From the human T2T-CHM13v2.0 reference genome, Homo sapiens, in the NCBI GenBank assembly GCA_009914755.4, contig CP068257.2:6176001-6240000 (forward strand): a stretch of 64,000 nt of DNA. Reading direction: 5' to 3'. The notes under the pieces were generated by a model. The model ran no database searches. It saw only the letters and a program-made list of their open reading frames with translations, and was not told the DNA's origin. Below, in pieces: positions 1-15,545 of this stretch. Positions within the stretch are counted from its first letter, which is position 1. Each line of letters starts with the position of its first letter. The position numbers and the translations under genes are program-made.

Positions 1-880
1 GAATTGTGACAGATATCTCCAGTGATCACTCAGGTGATGTAACAATTTTCTGGGATTTGTCTACAGGGGGCTTTGTGACATATCTTTGCACTGATCATCC
101 AGGAGATGTTACTCTTGCCTGGGCTCGGCCTAAAGGGGCTTTGTGACATTTTTCTGCACCGATCTCCCAGGTGATGTAACACTTGTCAAGGCTCTGCCTA
201 CACGGGAATTCTCACATATCTCTGCACTGATCACCCAGGTGATGTAACTCCTGCCTAAGTTCAGCCTACTGGAACATTGTGACATATCTCTACACTGATC
301 ATCCAGGTTATGTAACCCTTGTCTGAGCTCTGCCTACAGGGGCATTGCGACAAATCTCTCCACTGCTCACTCAGGTGATGTAACAGTTGTCTGGGCTTTG
401 CCTACCGGGGGCTTTGTGATATACATGTGAACTGATCAAACAGTTGATGTAACACTTGTCAAAGTTCTGCTTACAGGGGCTTTGTGACATATCTCTGCAC
501 TGATCACCCCAGGGAGAAAACACTTGTTTACACTCTGCCTACAGGAGGCTTTACGACTTATCTCTGCACTGATCACTAGGTGATGTAACACTTGTCTAAG
601 CTCTGTCTACACGGGAATTTTCACATATCTCTACACTGATCACATAAGTGATGTAACCCTTGTCTAGGTTCAGCCTACTGGCGATTTCTGACATACCTAT
701 GCACTGATCACGGAGGTGATGTAAATCATTTCCAGGCTTTTTGTACAGTGGACATTGTGATATATCTCTGCACTGATAACCCAAATGATGCAAATCTTCT
801 CTAGGCTCCGCAGGGATGAGGCATTGTGACATATTTTTGAACTGATCATCCAGAAGATGTAACTATTCTCTAGGCTTTGA
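1..880 (+). repeat. Beta-satellite (68-bp Sau3A family), orientation A (arbitrarily called +); this block is the diverged LSau-like monomer block that abuts the 3' flank of D4Z4-like unit A
   Basis: 68-bp periodicity, e.g. the motif 'ctgcactgatcacccaggtgatgtaac' recurs every 68 bp. Each monomer carries GATC. Diverged monomers ('tgatcactaggtgatg', 'accccagggagaaaacac') recur in the same order at 3900-4720, 11600-12420 and 14720-15545. Confidence 0.9.
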
Positions 881-1220
881 CTAAGGAGAGTCGGAAGGTG
901 TTGGGGGAGCCTCAGCAGGAATTTCATGGACAGACTAGGGCACAGAGAGGCCAGCCGGCTCCCTTGCACGTCAGCAGGGGTGCGCAATGAGCGCAGGTCT
1001 AGCCAGGAGGCCAGCAAAGTGAGCTAGAGTTCTGCGTTCCGCCGCCAGGCGCTCCATGGTGGCAGCTGGGAGGCTGCCGGAACACTTGCGGGTCGGCGAC
1101 CGTGGCGCAGAGTCGCAGAGGAGGCGAGTGCCGGAGGGTTGTCAGGCCTGGATGCTGCAAGGGCCCGTTGTTTTGCGGGACGGGGTTCTCCACCCAGCCC
1201 AGGGGAGGACGTATTTTCCA

Positions 1221-1272
1221 GGGGTGGGGTGTGGGGATGGGGTGGGGTGTTCAGGCGGGGGTGGGGTGGTGG
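1221..1272 (+). other. G-quadruplex-capable G-run tract (C-rich i-motif strand on the gene-sense side), about 420 bp downstream of the DUX4-like stop; the same tract is conserved in every unit's 3' flank
   Basis: 'ggggtggggtgtggggatggggtggggtgttcaggcgggggtggggtggtgg'. Counterparts lie at 5051-5110 and 12780-12835 (G strand) and about 17050-17110, 24840-24895, 46440-46500, 52745-52800 and 59160-59215 (C strand). Confidence 0.5.
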
Positions 1273-1685
1273 AAAGGCATGAGAGCTCTGCCTGTGCTGC
1301 TCCCACAGCCCAGGCAGCTGCCCGCAAACCCGCGCGTTCGCAGTAGGTGGCCCACCTTCTGGTAACTGGGCTGGCTCTGGGATCCCTGGGATGCCCAGAA
1401 AGAATGGCAGTTCTCCACTCTGTGGAGTCTCTCACTGGGCCTAGACCAAGGAGGCAGGCATCCTAGGCCAGTCAGCCCAGTGGAGAGGGCGGGAGAAAGA
1501 CACACCCCTCCATAGTCAGCCAGGTGTTCCCCGTGAAAGAGAGGCCACCGCCCTGCCCCGACCTGACCTCTTCCCAACCCCGCATCCATAAGTTCCTCCA
1601 GCAGAGCCCGGTATCCTTCCTTGCTGAAGGGTGCTTCCAGCGAGGTGGCCTCTTCCAAGGCCTCCAGCTCCCCCAGGGCCTCCGT

Positions 1686-3026
<1,341 letters not shown>

Positions 3027-3659
3027 TCATGAATGGCGGTGAGCCCTGGGACAGCACGCCCCACACTGGAAGGGTCCTAGGGCGTCGAGGCCTGTGGATG
3101 GGGGGTGGTTGTGTTGGGGGGGAGGGCGTGGTGATGGTGGTGGTGGGGCTGGAGAGACGAAGAGGAAGGGGTCGAGAGGGAAGGGGTGAGGGGGGCACGT
3201 TTCGGGGGCTAGCACTCCGCACCTCACCAGGAGTCCCGCAGGAGCTGGAAGCCGCACTCTGGGCTCCCACGTGTCTTCAGCAGGGAGAAACCGGCCTGGG
3301 AGGGTGGAGGGGAGTGTGGAACTTAACCTCTGTGGGAGTCTGGAGTGTTCCAGGCCCTCTTTCCTTGAAGCAGGTAGAGCCTGTGGGTGTCGCCGTTGTC
3401 GGGACATTCTCACACACACAGGCGTGGGGCTCTCGTTCATTTCCACGTAGGAGGCCAGAGTGAGAGCCCAGAGAGAAGATGCCTCCCCGGCGTGATAGCC
3501 TGAGGATGGATTCCCGTGTGCGGCAACATGGGGAGTCTGCAGTGTGGCCGGTTTGGAAACTGGCAAGGAGAGCGAAGGCACCATGCCGGTCTTCCACCCT
3601 TCCCTGAATGTTTCCGGGTGCCCGCAGAGCTCCGGGAGCAAACAGTCAGCATGACAGAT

Positions 3660-4720
3660 CTCTCAACTGATCAACAAATGATGTAACCCTTGTCTAGTCT
3701 CTGCCTACAGGGGCTTTGTGACATATCTCTGCACTGATCACCCAGGTGATGGGACTTTTGTCTAGGCTCTGCCTATGGGGACATTGTGACATATCTCTAC
3801 ACTGATCACCCAGGTCATGGACTCTTATTTAGATCTGCCTACATGGACATTGTGACACATCTCTGAACTGATCAACCAAGTGATGAAACTCTTGTCTAGT
3901 CTCTACCTACAGGGGCATATTGAGACATCTCTGCACTGATAACCCGGAGGAGGGATCTCTTGTCTACGTTCTGCCTACAGGAGTCTTCATGAATTATACC
4001 TGCACTGATAACCTAGGTGATGTAACACTTGTCTAGGCTTGGCATACACTGGAAATCTCACATATCTCTGCACTGATCACCTGGGTGATGTAACTCCTGT
4101 CTAGGTTGAGCCTACAGGAGAGTTTTGACGTATCTCTGCACTGATCACCCAGGTGATGTAACCCTTGTCTAAGCTCTGCCTACAGGGGCATTGTGACAGA
4201 TGTCTCCACTGCTCACCCAGGTGATGTAACAATTGTCTGGGCTTTGCCTACAGGGGACTTTGTGATATACATTTCCACTGATGAAACAGGTGATGTAACC
4301 CTTGTGAAGGTTCTGCTTACAGGGGCTTTGTGACATATCTCTGCACTGATCACCCCTGGGAGGAAACACTTGTCTACACTCTGCCTACAGGAGGCTTTAC
4401 AACTTATCCCTGCACTATTCACTACGTGATGTAACACTTGTCTAGGCTCTGTCTACACGGGAATTTTCACATATCTCTACACTGATCACATAAGTGATGT
4501 AACCCTTGTCTAGGTTCAGCCTACAGGGGATTTCTGACATACCTATGCACAGATCACCGAGGTGATGTAAATTATTTCCAGCCTTTTCGTACAGGGGACA
4601 TTGTGATATATCTCTGCACTGATCACCCAAATGATGCAAATCTTCTCTAGGCTCCGCAGGGAGGTGGCATTGTGACGTATTTCTGAACTGATCATCCAGG
4701 AGATATAACTATTCTCCAGG
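3660..4720 (+). repeat. Beta-satellite array, orientation A (1.06 kb; a short proximal part plus the LSau-like diverged block 3900-4720)
   Basis: 68-bp monomers. 3780-4720 is paralogous to 11490-12420, and 3660-3780 to 7490-7610. Confidence 0.9.
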
Positions 4721-5514
4721 CTTTGACTAAAGAGCGTCGGAAGGTATTGGGAGAGCCTCAGCCATAATTTCACAAACAGACAAGGGCACAGAGAGGCCTG
4801 CGGGTTCCCTTGCACCTCATTCGGGTTGCACAATGAGCGCAGGTCTAGCCAGGAGGCCGGCAAATAAAGCTAGAGGTCTGCGTTCTGCCTCCAGGCTCTC
4901 CATGGGGGCAGCTGGGAGGCTGCAGGGGCATGGGTGGGCTGGCGAAGATGGCACAGAGGCGCCAGAGGGGTGTCAGGGCTGGACGCTGTGCAGACCCGGT
5001 GTTTCGCGGGATGGGGGTCCCCACCCAACCCAGTGGAGGACGCATTTTCAGGCGGGGGTGTGGGGGTGGGGTGGGGGTGGTCAGGCAGGGGTGGGGTGCT
5101 GGAAAGGCATGAGAGCTCTGCCCGGGCTGCTCCCACAGCCCAGTCGGCTGCCCACAAACCCGCGCGTGCGCAGTAGGCGGCCCACCTGCTGGTACCTAGG
5201 CCGGCTCTGGGATCCCCGGGATGCCCATAAATAATGGTAGTTCTCCACTGAGTGGATTCTCTCATCGGGCCTAGAACAAGAAGGCAGGAATCCCAGGCGA
5301 GTCAGCCCTGTTGAGGGGGCGGGGGGAACACATGCCCCTCCATAGCCAGCAAGGTGTTCCCCTCGAAAGAGAGGCCACCGCCCTGCCCCGACCTGACCCC
5401 GTCCCAACCCCGCGTCCTAAAGCTCCTGAGCAGAGCCCAGTATTCTTCCTCGCTGAGGGGTGCTTCCAGCGAGGCGGCGTCTTCCAAGGCCTCCAGCTCC
5501 CCCGGGGCCTCAGT

Positions 5515-6854
<1,340 letters not shown>

Positions 6855-7489
6855 TCATGAATGGCAGTGAGCCCTCGGACAGGCCTCCCCACCACAGAAG
6901 GGTCCCAGGGTTTCGAGGGTGCGGCCCCGGGGTGGTAGGGTGGGGTGGCAGGGCGTGGTGATGGTGGTGGTGGGGCCGGAGAGACGAAGAGGAAGTTGGC
7001 GAGGGGGAAAGGGTTAGGGGGGTGCGTTTCAGGGGCTGGCTCTCCGGACCACCCCAGGAATCCCGCGGGAACTGGAAGCCGCTCTCTGGGCTCCAACGCG
7101 TTTTCAGCAGGGAGAAACCGGCCTGGGAGGGTGCAGGGAAGCGTGGAACTGAACCTCCGTGGGAGTCTTGAGTGTTCCAGGCCCTCTCTCCATGAAGGAG
7201 GCAGTGCCTGTGGGTGTCGTCATTGCCGGGACAGTCTCACGCGCAGGCTTGTGGCTCTCGTTCATTTCCATGTAGGAGACCAGAGCGAGACCCCAGAGAG
7301 AAGATGCCGCACCGGCGTGATGGCCTGACGATGGATTCCCGTGTGCGGCAACATGGGGAGTCTGCAGTGTGGCCGGTTTGGAAACTGGCAAGGAGAGCGA
7401 AGGCACCATGAAGGTCTTCCACCCTTCCCTGCATGTTTCTGGGTGCCCGCAGAGATCCGGGAGCAAACAGTCAGCATGACATATCTCTG

Positions 7490-10400
7490 AACTGATAAAC
7501 AAAGTGATGTGACTCTTGTCTAGGCTCTGCCTACAGGGGATTTGTGACACATCTCTGCACTGATCACCCAGGTGATGTAACCCTTGTGTTGGATCTGCCT
7601 ATGGGGGCATTGTGGCATATTTCTGTACAGATCACACAGGTGATGGGGCTCTTGTTTAGGCTCTGTTTATGGGGGCTTTGTGACATATCTCTGCACTGAT
7701 CACCCAGGTGATGTAACGCTTGACTAGGCTCTGCCTATGGGGCATAGTGACATATCACTGCATTGATCTCCGAGGTGAGGTAACTCTTGTCCAGACACTG
7801 CTTACAGGGGGCCTTGTGACATATACCTGCACTGATCATTTGGTGATGTAACTCTTGATTACGCTCTGACTGCAGGGCAGAGATACTGTGAAATATCTCT
7901 GCACTGATCAAACAGGTGATGGGACTCATCTCTAGGCTCTGCCTACTGGGGGCATTGTCACATATTTCTGCACGGATCACACAGGTGACGGACTCTTGTC
8001 TTGGATTTGCCTATGGGGGCATTGGGACGCATCTCTGCACTGATCACCCAGGTGATTTAATTCTTTTCTAAGCTCTGCCTAAAGGGGCATTGTGACAGAT
8101 CTCTGCACTGATCACTCAGGTGATGTAACTATTGTCTGTGCTCTGCTTAAAGGGGCCTTGTCACATATCTCTACACTGATCACCCAGGTGATGTAACTCT
8201 CGTCTAGGCTCTGCTCACAGGGGGTATTGTGACATATCTCCGCACTGATCACCTAAGTGATGTAACACTTGTGTAGGCTCTACCTACAGGGGCATTTTGA
8301 CATATCTCTGCACTTTTAACAGAGGTGATGTAGCTCTTGTCTAGGCTGTGCCCTCAGGAGTATTGAGAAATATCTCTGCACTGATCCCGAGGTGATCCAA
8401 CTCTTGCCTGTTCTCTGCCTATAGAGGACATTGTGACATATCTCTGCACTGATCTCCCAGGTGCTGTAAATTTAGTGTAGGCTCTGGCTACACGGCATTG
8501 TGACATATCACTGCACAGATCACCCAGGTGATATATCTCTTGTCTAGGCTCTGCCTACAGGGGGCTTGTGACATATCACTGCACTGATCACCCAAGTGAT
8601 GTAACTCTTTTCTAGCATCTGCCTACAGGGTGCTTTGTGACATATCCCCGCAATGATCACCCAGGTGATATGCCACTTGTCAAGGCTCTGCCTACAGGCA
8701 CATTGCGATGTATCTCTGCACTGATCACCTAGGTCATGTAACACTTGTCTAGGCTTTGTCTACCATGGCATTGTGACATATCTCTGCAGTGATCATCAAA
8801 GTGATGTAACTCTTTTCTAGGATCTGCCTAAAGGGATTTTGTGACATAACACTGTACTGATCCTCCAGGTGATGGGGCATTTGTCTAGGCTCTGCCTAAG
8901 GGGGTATTGTGACATATTTCTGCACTGATCACCCTGGTGATGGACACATGTCTTGGATCTGCCTATGGGGCATTGTGACATAACTCTGCACTGATCACCC
9001 AGGTGATGTAACTGTTGTATAAGCTCTGCCTACAGGGGAATTGTGAGAGATCTCGCCACTGATCACCCAAGTGATATAATGATAGTCTAGGCTTTGCCTA
9101 CAGGGGGCTTTTTGACATACCTTTGCACTGATCACCCAGGTGACGTAACTCATCTAAGTTCCACGTACAGGAGCTTTGTGACATACCTTTGCACTGATCA
9201 TCCAGGTGACGTAACTCATCTAAGTTCTGCCTACAGGAGCTTTGTAACATATCTCTGCACTGATCACTCAGGTGATGTAACACTTTTTTAAGCACTGCCT
9301 ACAGGGAATTTTGACAAATCTCTGCACTGATCACCTAGGTGATGTAACTCTTCTCTACCCTCTGCTCAAAGGGGGAATCGTGAAATATCTCTGCACTGAT
9401 CACCCAGGTGATTCAACTCTTGTCTAGGATCTGTCTACAGGGGGTATTGTGCGATATCTCTGCACTGATCAACTAGGTGATGTAAATAGTGTCTAGGCTC
9501 AGCCTACAGGAGCGTTTTCACATATCCCTGAACTGATGACAAAGGTGATGTAACTCTTGCCTAGGCTTTGCCTACAGGGGACATTTTGACATACCTCTGT
9601 ACTGATCACCCAGGTGATCCAACTCTTCTCTACGCTCTGCCTACAGGGGGCATTGTGACATATCTCTGAACTGATCACCCAGGTGATGTAACTCTTTTCT
9701 AATCTCTGCCTACAGAGGGCGTTGTGACATCACTCTGCACGGATCACCCGGGTTATGTAACTCTTGTCTAGGCTCAGCCTACGGGGGCATTGTGCCTTAT
9801 CTCTGCACTGATCACCCAGGAGATGTGATTCTTCTCTAAGACCTGCCTAGAGGGACACTGGGACATATCCCTGCACTGATTTCTGAGGTGATGTAAAACT
9901 TGTCTAGGCTTTGCCTACAGTGGTATTTCTGACATATATGTGCATTGATCACCCAGGTGATGTAACTCTTGTCTAGGCTCTGCTTACAGGTGGTATTGTG
10001 ACATATCTCTGCACTGATCACCCAGGTGATGAAAGTCTTCTCTAGGCTCTGCCTAGAGGGGCATTTTCTCATATCACTGCACTGATCACTGAGATGATGT
10101 AACTCTTTTATAGGCTTCAGCAACTGTGGGCATTGAGACATATCTATGCACTGATCACCGAGTTGATGTAACTCTTGTCTGGGATCTGCTTACAGGGGGC
10201 ATTGTGACATATGTCTGCCCTGATCACCCAGGTCATGTAACTCTTGTCTAGCCTCTGCCTACTGGAGACATTGTGACATATTTCCCCACTGATCACCCAG
10301 GTGATGTCACTTTTCTCAAGGATATGGCTACAAGGATATTTTGACATGTCACTGCACTGATCACACAGCTGATATAACTCTTGTCTAGGCTTTGCTGACA

Positions 10401-12440
10401 GGGGCTTGTGACACATCTCTGCACTGATCACCCAGGTGATGTAACCCTTCTCTAGGCTATGCCAAAAGGGTGATTGTGATATAACTCTGCACTGATCACC
10501 CGGGTGATGGGACTCTTGTCTAGGCTCTGCCTACAGGGGCAATGTGATATATCTCTGCAGTGATCACGCAGGTGAAGTAACTCTTGTCTATATCTGCCTA
10601 CTGGCGACATTGTGGCATATTTCTGCACTGGTCACTCAGGTGATGGACTCTTGTCTTGGAACTGCCTATGGGGGCATAGTGACATATCTCTGCACTCATC
10701 ACTCATATGATGTAACGCTTGTCTAAGCTGCGCCTAAAGGAGAATTGTGACAGATATCTCCACTGAACACCCAGGTGATGTAACAATTTTCTGGGATTTG
10801 TCTACAGGGGGCTTTGTGACATAACTTTGCACTGATCACCCAGGAGATGTAATCTTGTCTAGGATCGGCCTACAAGTGCTTTGTTACATATTTCTGCACT
10901 GATCACGGAGGTGATGTAACACTTGTCTGGACTCCGCCTACTTGGGCTTTGTGAGATATCTCTGCACTTATCACCCAGGTGATGTAACTCTTCTCTAGGC
11001 TCCACCTACCTGGGGTATTGGAACCTATTTCTGCACTGATCACCCAGGTGATGTAACATGTATCTAGGCTCTGCCTACTGGGGCGTTTTGACATAGCTCT
11101 GCACAGATCACCTAGCTTATGTAACTCTTGTCCACTCTCTGCCTACAGGGGACATTGTGAAATATCCCTGCACTGATCACCCAGGTGATGGGACTCTTCT
11201 CTATACTCTGCCTAGAGGGGGATTTGTGACATATCTTTGCACTGATCACCCAGGTGATGGAAGTCTTGTCTAGGCTCTGTCTATGGGGGCATTGTGTCAA
11301 ATATCTGCACTGATCACCCAGGTGATGTAACTCTTTTCTAGGCTCTGTCTACAGGGATTTTTGTGACATATCACTGCACTGATCAACTAGGTGATGTAAG
11401 CCTTTTATGGGCTCTGCCTACAGAAGGCTTTGTGACATATCCATGCACTGATCTCTGAGGTGATGCAACTCTTGTCTAGGCACTGCCTACAGGGGACATT
11501 GTTACATATCTCTGCACTGATCACCCAGGTGATGGAGCCTTGTCTTAGATCTGCCTACATGGACATTGTGACACATCTCTGAACTGATCAACCAAGTGAT
11601 GATACTCTTGTCTAGGCTCTGCCTACATGGGCTTTGTGACACATCTCTGCACTGATCACCCTGGGGAGGGAACTCTTGTCTATGCTCTGCCTACAGGAGG
11701 CTTTATGACTTATTACTGCACTGATAACCTAGGTGATATAACACTTGTCTAGGCTCTGCCTACACGGGAATTCTCACATATCTCTGCACTGATCACCCAG
11801 GTGATGTGACTTCTGTCTAGGTTCAGCCTACAGGAGGGTTTTGACATATCTCTGCACTGATCACCCAGGTGATGTAACTCTTGTCTAAGCTCTGCCTACA
11901 GGGGCATTGTGACAGATCTCTCCACTGCTCACCCAGCTGATGTAACAATTTTCTGGGCTTTGTCTACAGGGGCTTTGTTTTATACATTTCCACTGATCAA
12001 ACAAGTGATGTAACCCTTGTCAAGTTTCTGCTTACAGGGCCTTTGTAACATATCTCTGCACTGATCACCCCAGGGAGGAAACATTTGTCTACACTCTACC
12101 TACAGGAGGCTTTACGACTTATCCCTGCACTGATCACTAGGTGATGTAACATTTGTCTAGGCTCTGTCTGCACGGGAATTTTCATATATCTCTATACTGA
12201 TCACCTAAGTGATGTAACCCTTGTCTAGCTTCAGCCTACTGGGGATTTCTGACATACCTATGCACTGATCACCGAGGTGATGGAAATCATTTCCAGGCTT
12301 TTTGTACAGGGGACTTTGTGATATATCTCTGCACTGATCACCCAAATGATGCAAATCTACTCTAGGCTCCACACGGAGGGGGCATTGTGACATATTTCAG
12401 AACTTTTCATCCAGGAGATGTAACTATTCTCCAGGCTTTG
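7490..12440 (+). repeat. Beta-satellite array, orientation A (4.95 kb). It ends with the LSau-like diverged block 11600-12420.
   Basis: 68-bp monomers. 7700-11230 is paralogous, as an ordered series of monomer variants, to 39290-43165. Confidence 0.9.
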
Positions 12441-12990
12441 ACTAAAGACTGTCGGAAAGTGTTGGGAGAGCCTCAGCTGGAATTTCACGGACGGACAACA
12501 GCACAGAGAGGACAGTTGGCTCCCTTGCATATCATCCGAGATGCACAATGATCGCAGGTCTAGCAAGAAGGCCGGCAAAGAGAGCTAGAGTTCTGAGTTC
12601 CGCCGCCAGGAGCTCCATGGTGGCAGCTGGGAGGCTGCAGGGGCACGGGCGGGCCTGTGATGGTGGTGCGGGGACGCAGAGGAGGCGAGCTGCCAGAGGG
12701 GTGTCAGGCTTGGATGATGCGCGGGCCCGATATTTCGCGTGACGGGGGTCTCCACCCAGCCCAGGGGAGGATGCGTTTTCCGGGGTGGGGGGTGGGTTTG
12801 GGGAGGGGGTGGTCAGGCATGGGTGGGGTGGTGGAAAGGCATGAGAGCTCTTCCCGGGCTGCTACAACTGCCCAGGAGGCTGCCCGCAAATGAGCTCCTG
12901 CGCAGTAGGCGGCCCACCTGCTGGTACCAGGGCCGCCTGTGGGATTCCCGGGATGCCCAGGAATGAATGGCAGTTCTCCACTCTGTGGAG
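12440..12990 (-). repeat. Orphan fragment of a D4Z4-like 3' flank (about 550 bp, minus orientation) without an ORF or 5' flank; it ends abruptly back into beta satellite at 12990
   Basis: Collinear with unit A 880-1425 ('gtcggaaagtgttgggagagcctcagc…ccatggtggcagctgggaggctg…G-rich tract…gaatggcagttctccactctgtggag'). It is followed directly by 'atgtgactcttgtctaagctctgcc' beta satellite. Confidence 0.8.
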
Positions 12991-15545
12991 ATGTGACTCT
13001 TGTCTAAGCTCTGCCTAGAGGGACATTGGGACATATCTCTGCACTGATCGCTGAGGTGATGTAAAATTTGTCTAGGCTTTGCATACAGTGGGATTTATGA
13101 CATATCTCTACACTGATCACCCAGGTGATGTAACTCTTGTCTAGGCTCTGCTTACAAGGGGTATTGTGAGATAAATCTGCACTGATCACCCAGTTGACAG
13201 ACTCTTCTCTTGCATCTGCCTATGGGGGCATAGGAACATATCTCTCCACTGATCACCTAGGTGATGTAACTCGTGTTTAGCCTCTGCCTACAGGGGCATT
13301 TTAACATATCACTGCACTGATCACCGAGATGATGTAACTCTTGTATAGGCTTCGCTGACAGGGGGCATTGACCCGTATCTCTGCACTGATCACCGAGGTG
13401 ATGTAACTCTTGTCTAGGCTCTGCTTACAGGGGGCATTGTGACATATCTCTGCCCTGATCACCAAGCTGATGTAACTCTTGTCTAGGCTCTGCCTACTGG
13501 AGACATTGTGACATATCTCCGCACTGATCAACCAAGTGATGTCACTTTTGTCAAGGATATGTCTACAGGGGCATTGTGACATGTAACTGCACTGATCACA
13601 CAGCAGATGTAGGTCTTGTCTAGGCTCTGGCTACAGGGGCTTGTGACACATCTCTGCACTGATCACCCAGGTGATGTAACCCTTGTCTAGGCTCTGCCAA
13701 AAGGGGGCATTGTGACATAACGCTGCACTGATCACCCATGTGATGGGACACTTGACTAGGTTCTGCCCACAGGGGAATTGTGATATATCCTTGCAGTGAT
13801 CACGTAGGTGATGTAACTCTTGTCTATATCTGCCTACTGGCGTCATTGTGGCATATTTCTGCACTGATCACCCAGGTGATGGACTCTTGTCTTGGATCTG
13901 CCTATGGGGGCATAGTGACATATCTCTGCACTGATTACTCATGTGATGTAACGCTTGTCTAAGCTGCGCCTAAAGGAGAATTTTGACAGATATCTCCACA
14001 GATCACCCAGGTGATGTAACAATTTTCTAGGGTTTGTCTACAGGGGGTTTTGTGACATATGTTTGCACTGATCACCCAGGAGATGTAACAACCCTTTTCT
14101 AGGCTTGGGCTACAGGGGCTTTGTGACATATTTCTGCACTGATCACCCAGGTGATGTAACATTTGTCTAGGCTCTGCCTACAGGTGCATTTTGACATAGT
14201 TCTGCACAGATCACGTAGGTTATGTAACTCTTTTCCACTCTCTGCCTACAGGGGGCATTGTGAAATATCTCTGCACTCATCACCGAGGTGATGGGACTCT
14301 TCTCTATACTCTGCCTAGAGGGCGATTTGTGACATATCTCTTCACTGATAACCCAGGTGACGGAATTCTTGTCTAGGATCTGTCTATGGGGGCATTGTGT
14401 CAAATAACTGCCCTGATCACCCAGGTGATGTAACTCTTTTCTAGGCTCTGTCTACAGGGATTTTTGTGACATATCAGTGCACTGATAACCTAGGTGATGT
14501 AAGGCTTGTATGGGCTTTGCCTACAGAAGGCTTTGTGACTAATCTATGCACTGATCTCTGAGGTGATGCAACTCTTGTCTAGGCACTGCCTCCAGGGGAC
14601 ATTGGTAGATATCTCTGCACTGATCACCCAGGTGATGGACCATTGTCTTAGGTCTGCCATCATGGACATTGTGACACATCTCTGAACAGATCAACCAAAT
14701 GATGAAACTCTTGTCTAGGCTCTGCCTTCAGGGGATTCGTGACACATCTCTGCACTGATCACCCTGGGGAGGGAACTCTTGTCTATGCTCTGCCTACAGG
14801 AGGCTTTATGACTTATACCTGCACTGATAACATAGCTGATGTAATACTTGTCTAGGCTCTGCCTAAACGGGAATTCTCACATGTCTCTGCACTGATCACC
14901 CAGGTGATGTAACTCCTGTCTAGGTTCAGCCTACAGGAGCATTTTGACATATTTCTGCACTGATCACCCAGGTGATGTAACCCTTGTCAAAGCTCTGCCT
15001 ACAGGGACATTGTGACAGATCTCTCCACTGCTCACCCAGGTGATGTAACAATTGTCTGGGCTTTGCCTACAGGGGGCTTTGTGATATACATTTCCACTGA
15101 TCAAACAGGTGATGTAACCCTTCTCAAGGTTCTGCTTACAGGGGATTTGTGACATATCTCTGCATTGATCACCCCAGGGAGGAAGCACTTGTCTACACTC
15201 TGCCTACAGGAGGCTTTATGACTTATCCCTGCTCTGATCACTAGGTGATGTAACACTTGTCTAGGCTCTGTCTACACGGGAATTTTCATATATCTCTACA
15301 CTGATCACCTAAGTGATGTAACCCTTGTCTAGCTTCAGCTTACTGGGGATTTCTCACATACCTATGCACTGATCACTGAGGTGATGTAAATCATTTCCAG
15401 GCTTTTTGTACAGGGGACACTGTGATATATCCCTGCACTGATCACCCAAATGATGCAAATCTACTCTAGGCTCCGCAGGGAGGGGGCATTGTGACAGATT
15501 TCTGAACTTATCATCTGGGAGATATAACTATTCTCCAGGATTTGA
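12990..15545 (+). repeat. Beta-satellite array, orientation A. It is a repeat of the distal part of array 7490-12440 and includes the LSau-like block 14720-15545.
   Basis: 12990-14400 is paralogous to 9830-11230, and 14720-15545 to 11600-12420. Confidence 0.9.

Noticed and set aside
7735-15188. Dozens of 60-130-aa ORFs inside the satellite blocks (e.g. 'MISAEICHNAP…', 'MTYLCTDHPGDVT…', 'MQRYVTMSP…') throughout 1-860, 3660-4720, 7490-15545, 17470-22430, 25240-37405, 38658-44357, 46850-50340, 53140-56790 and 59560-64000
   Set aside because: These are translations of 68-bp tandem monomers. 68 is not a multiple of 3, so the same peptide words recur in rotating frames. They have no start context and no conservation beyond the repeat itself.
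7490-15545. Possibility that the regular ~68-bp repeats represent a CRISPR array
   Set aside because: The repeats are contiguous with no unique spacers, so the whole period is the repeat. Arrays span many kb with ~10-20% monomer divergence and lie in a eukaryotic satellite context. No cas-like ORFs are present.
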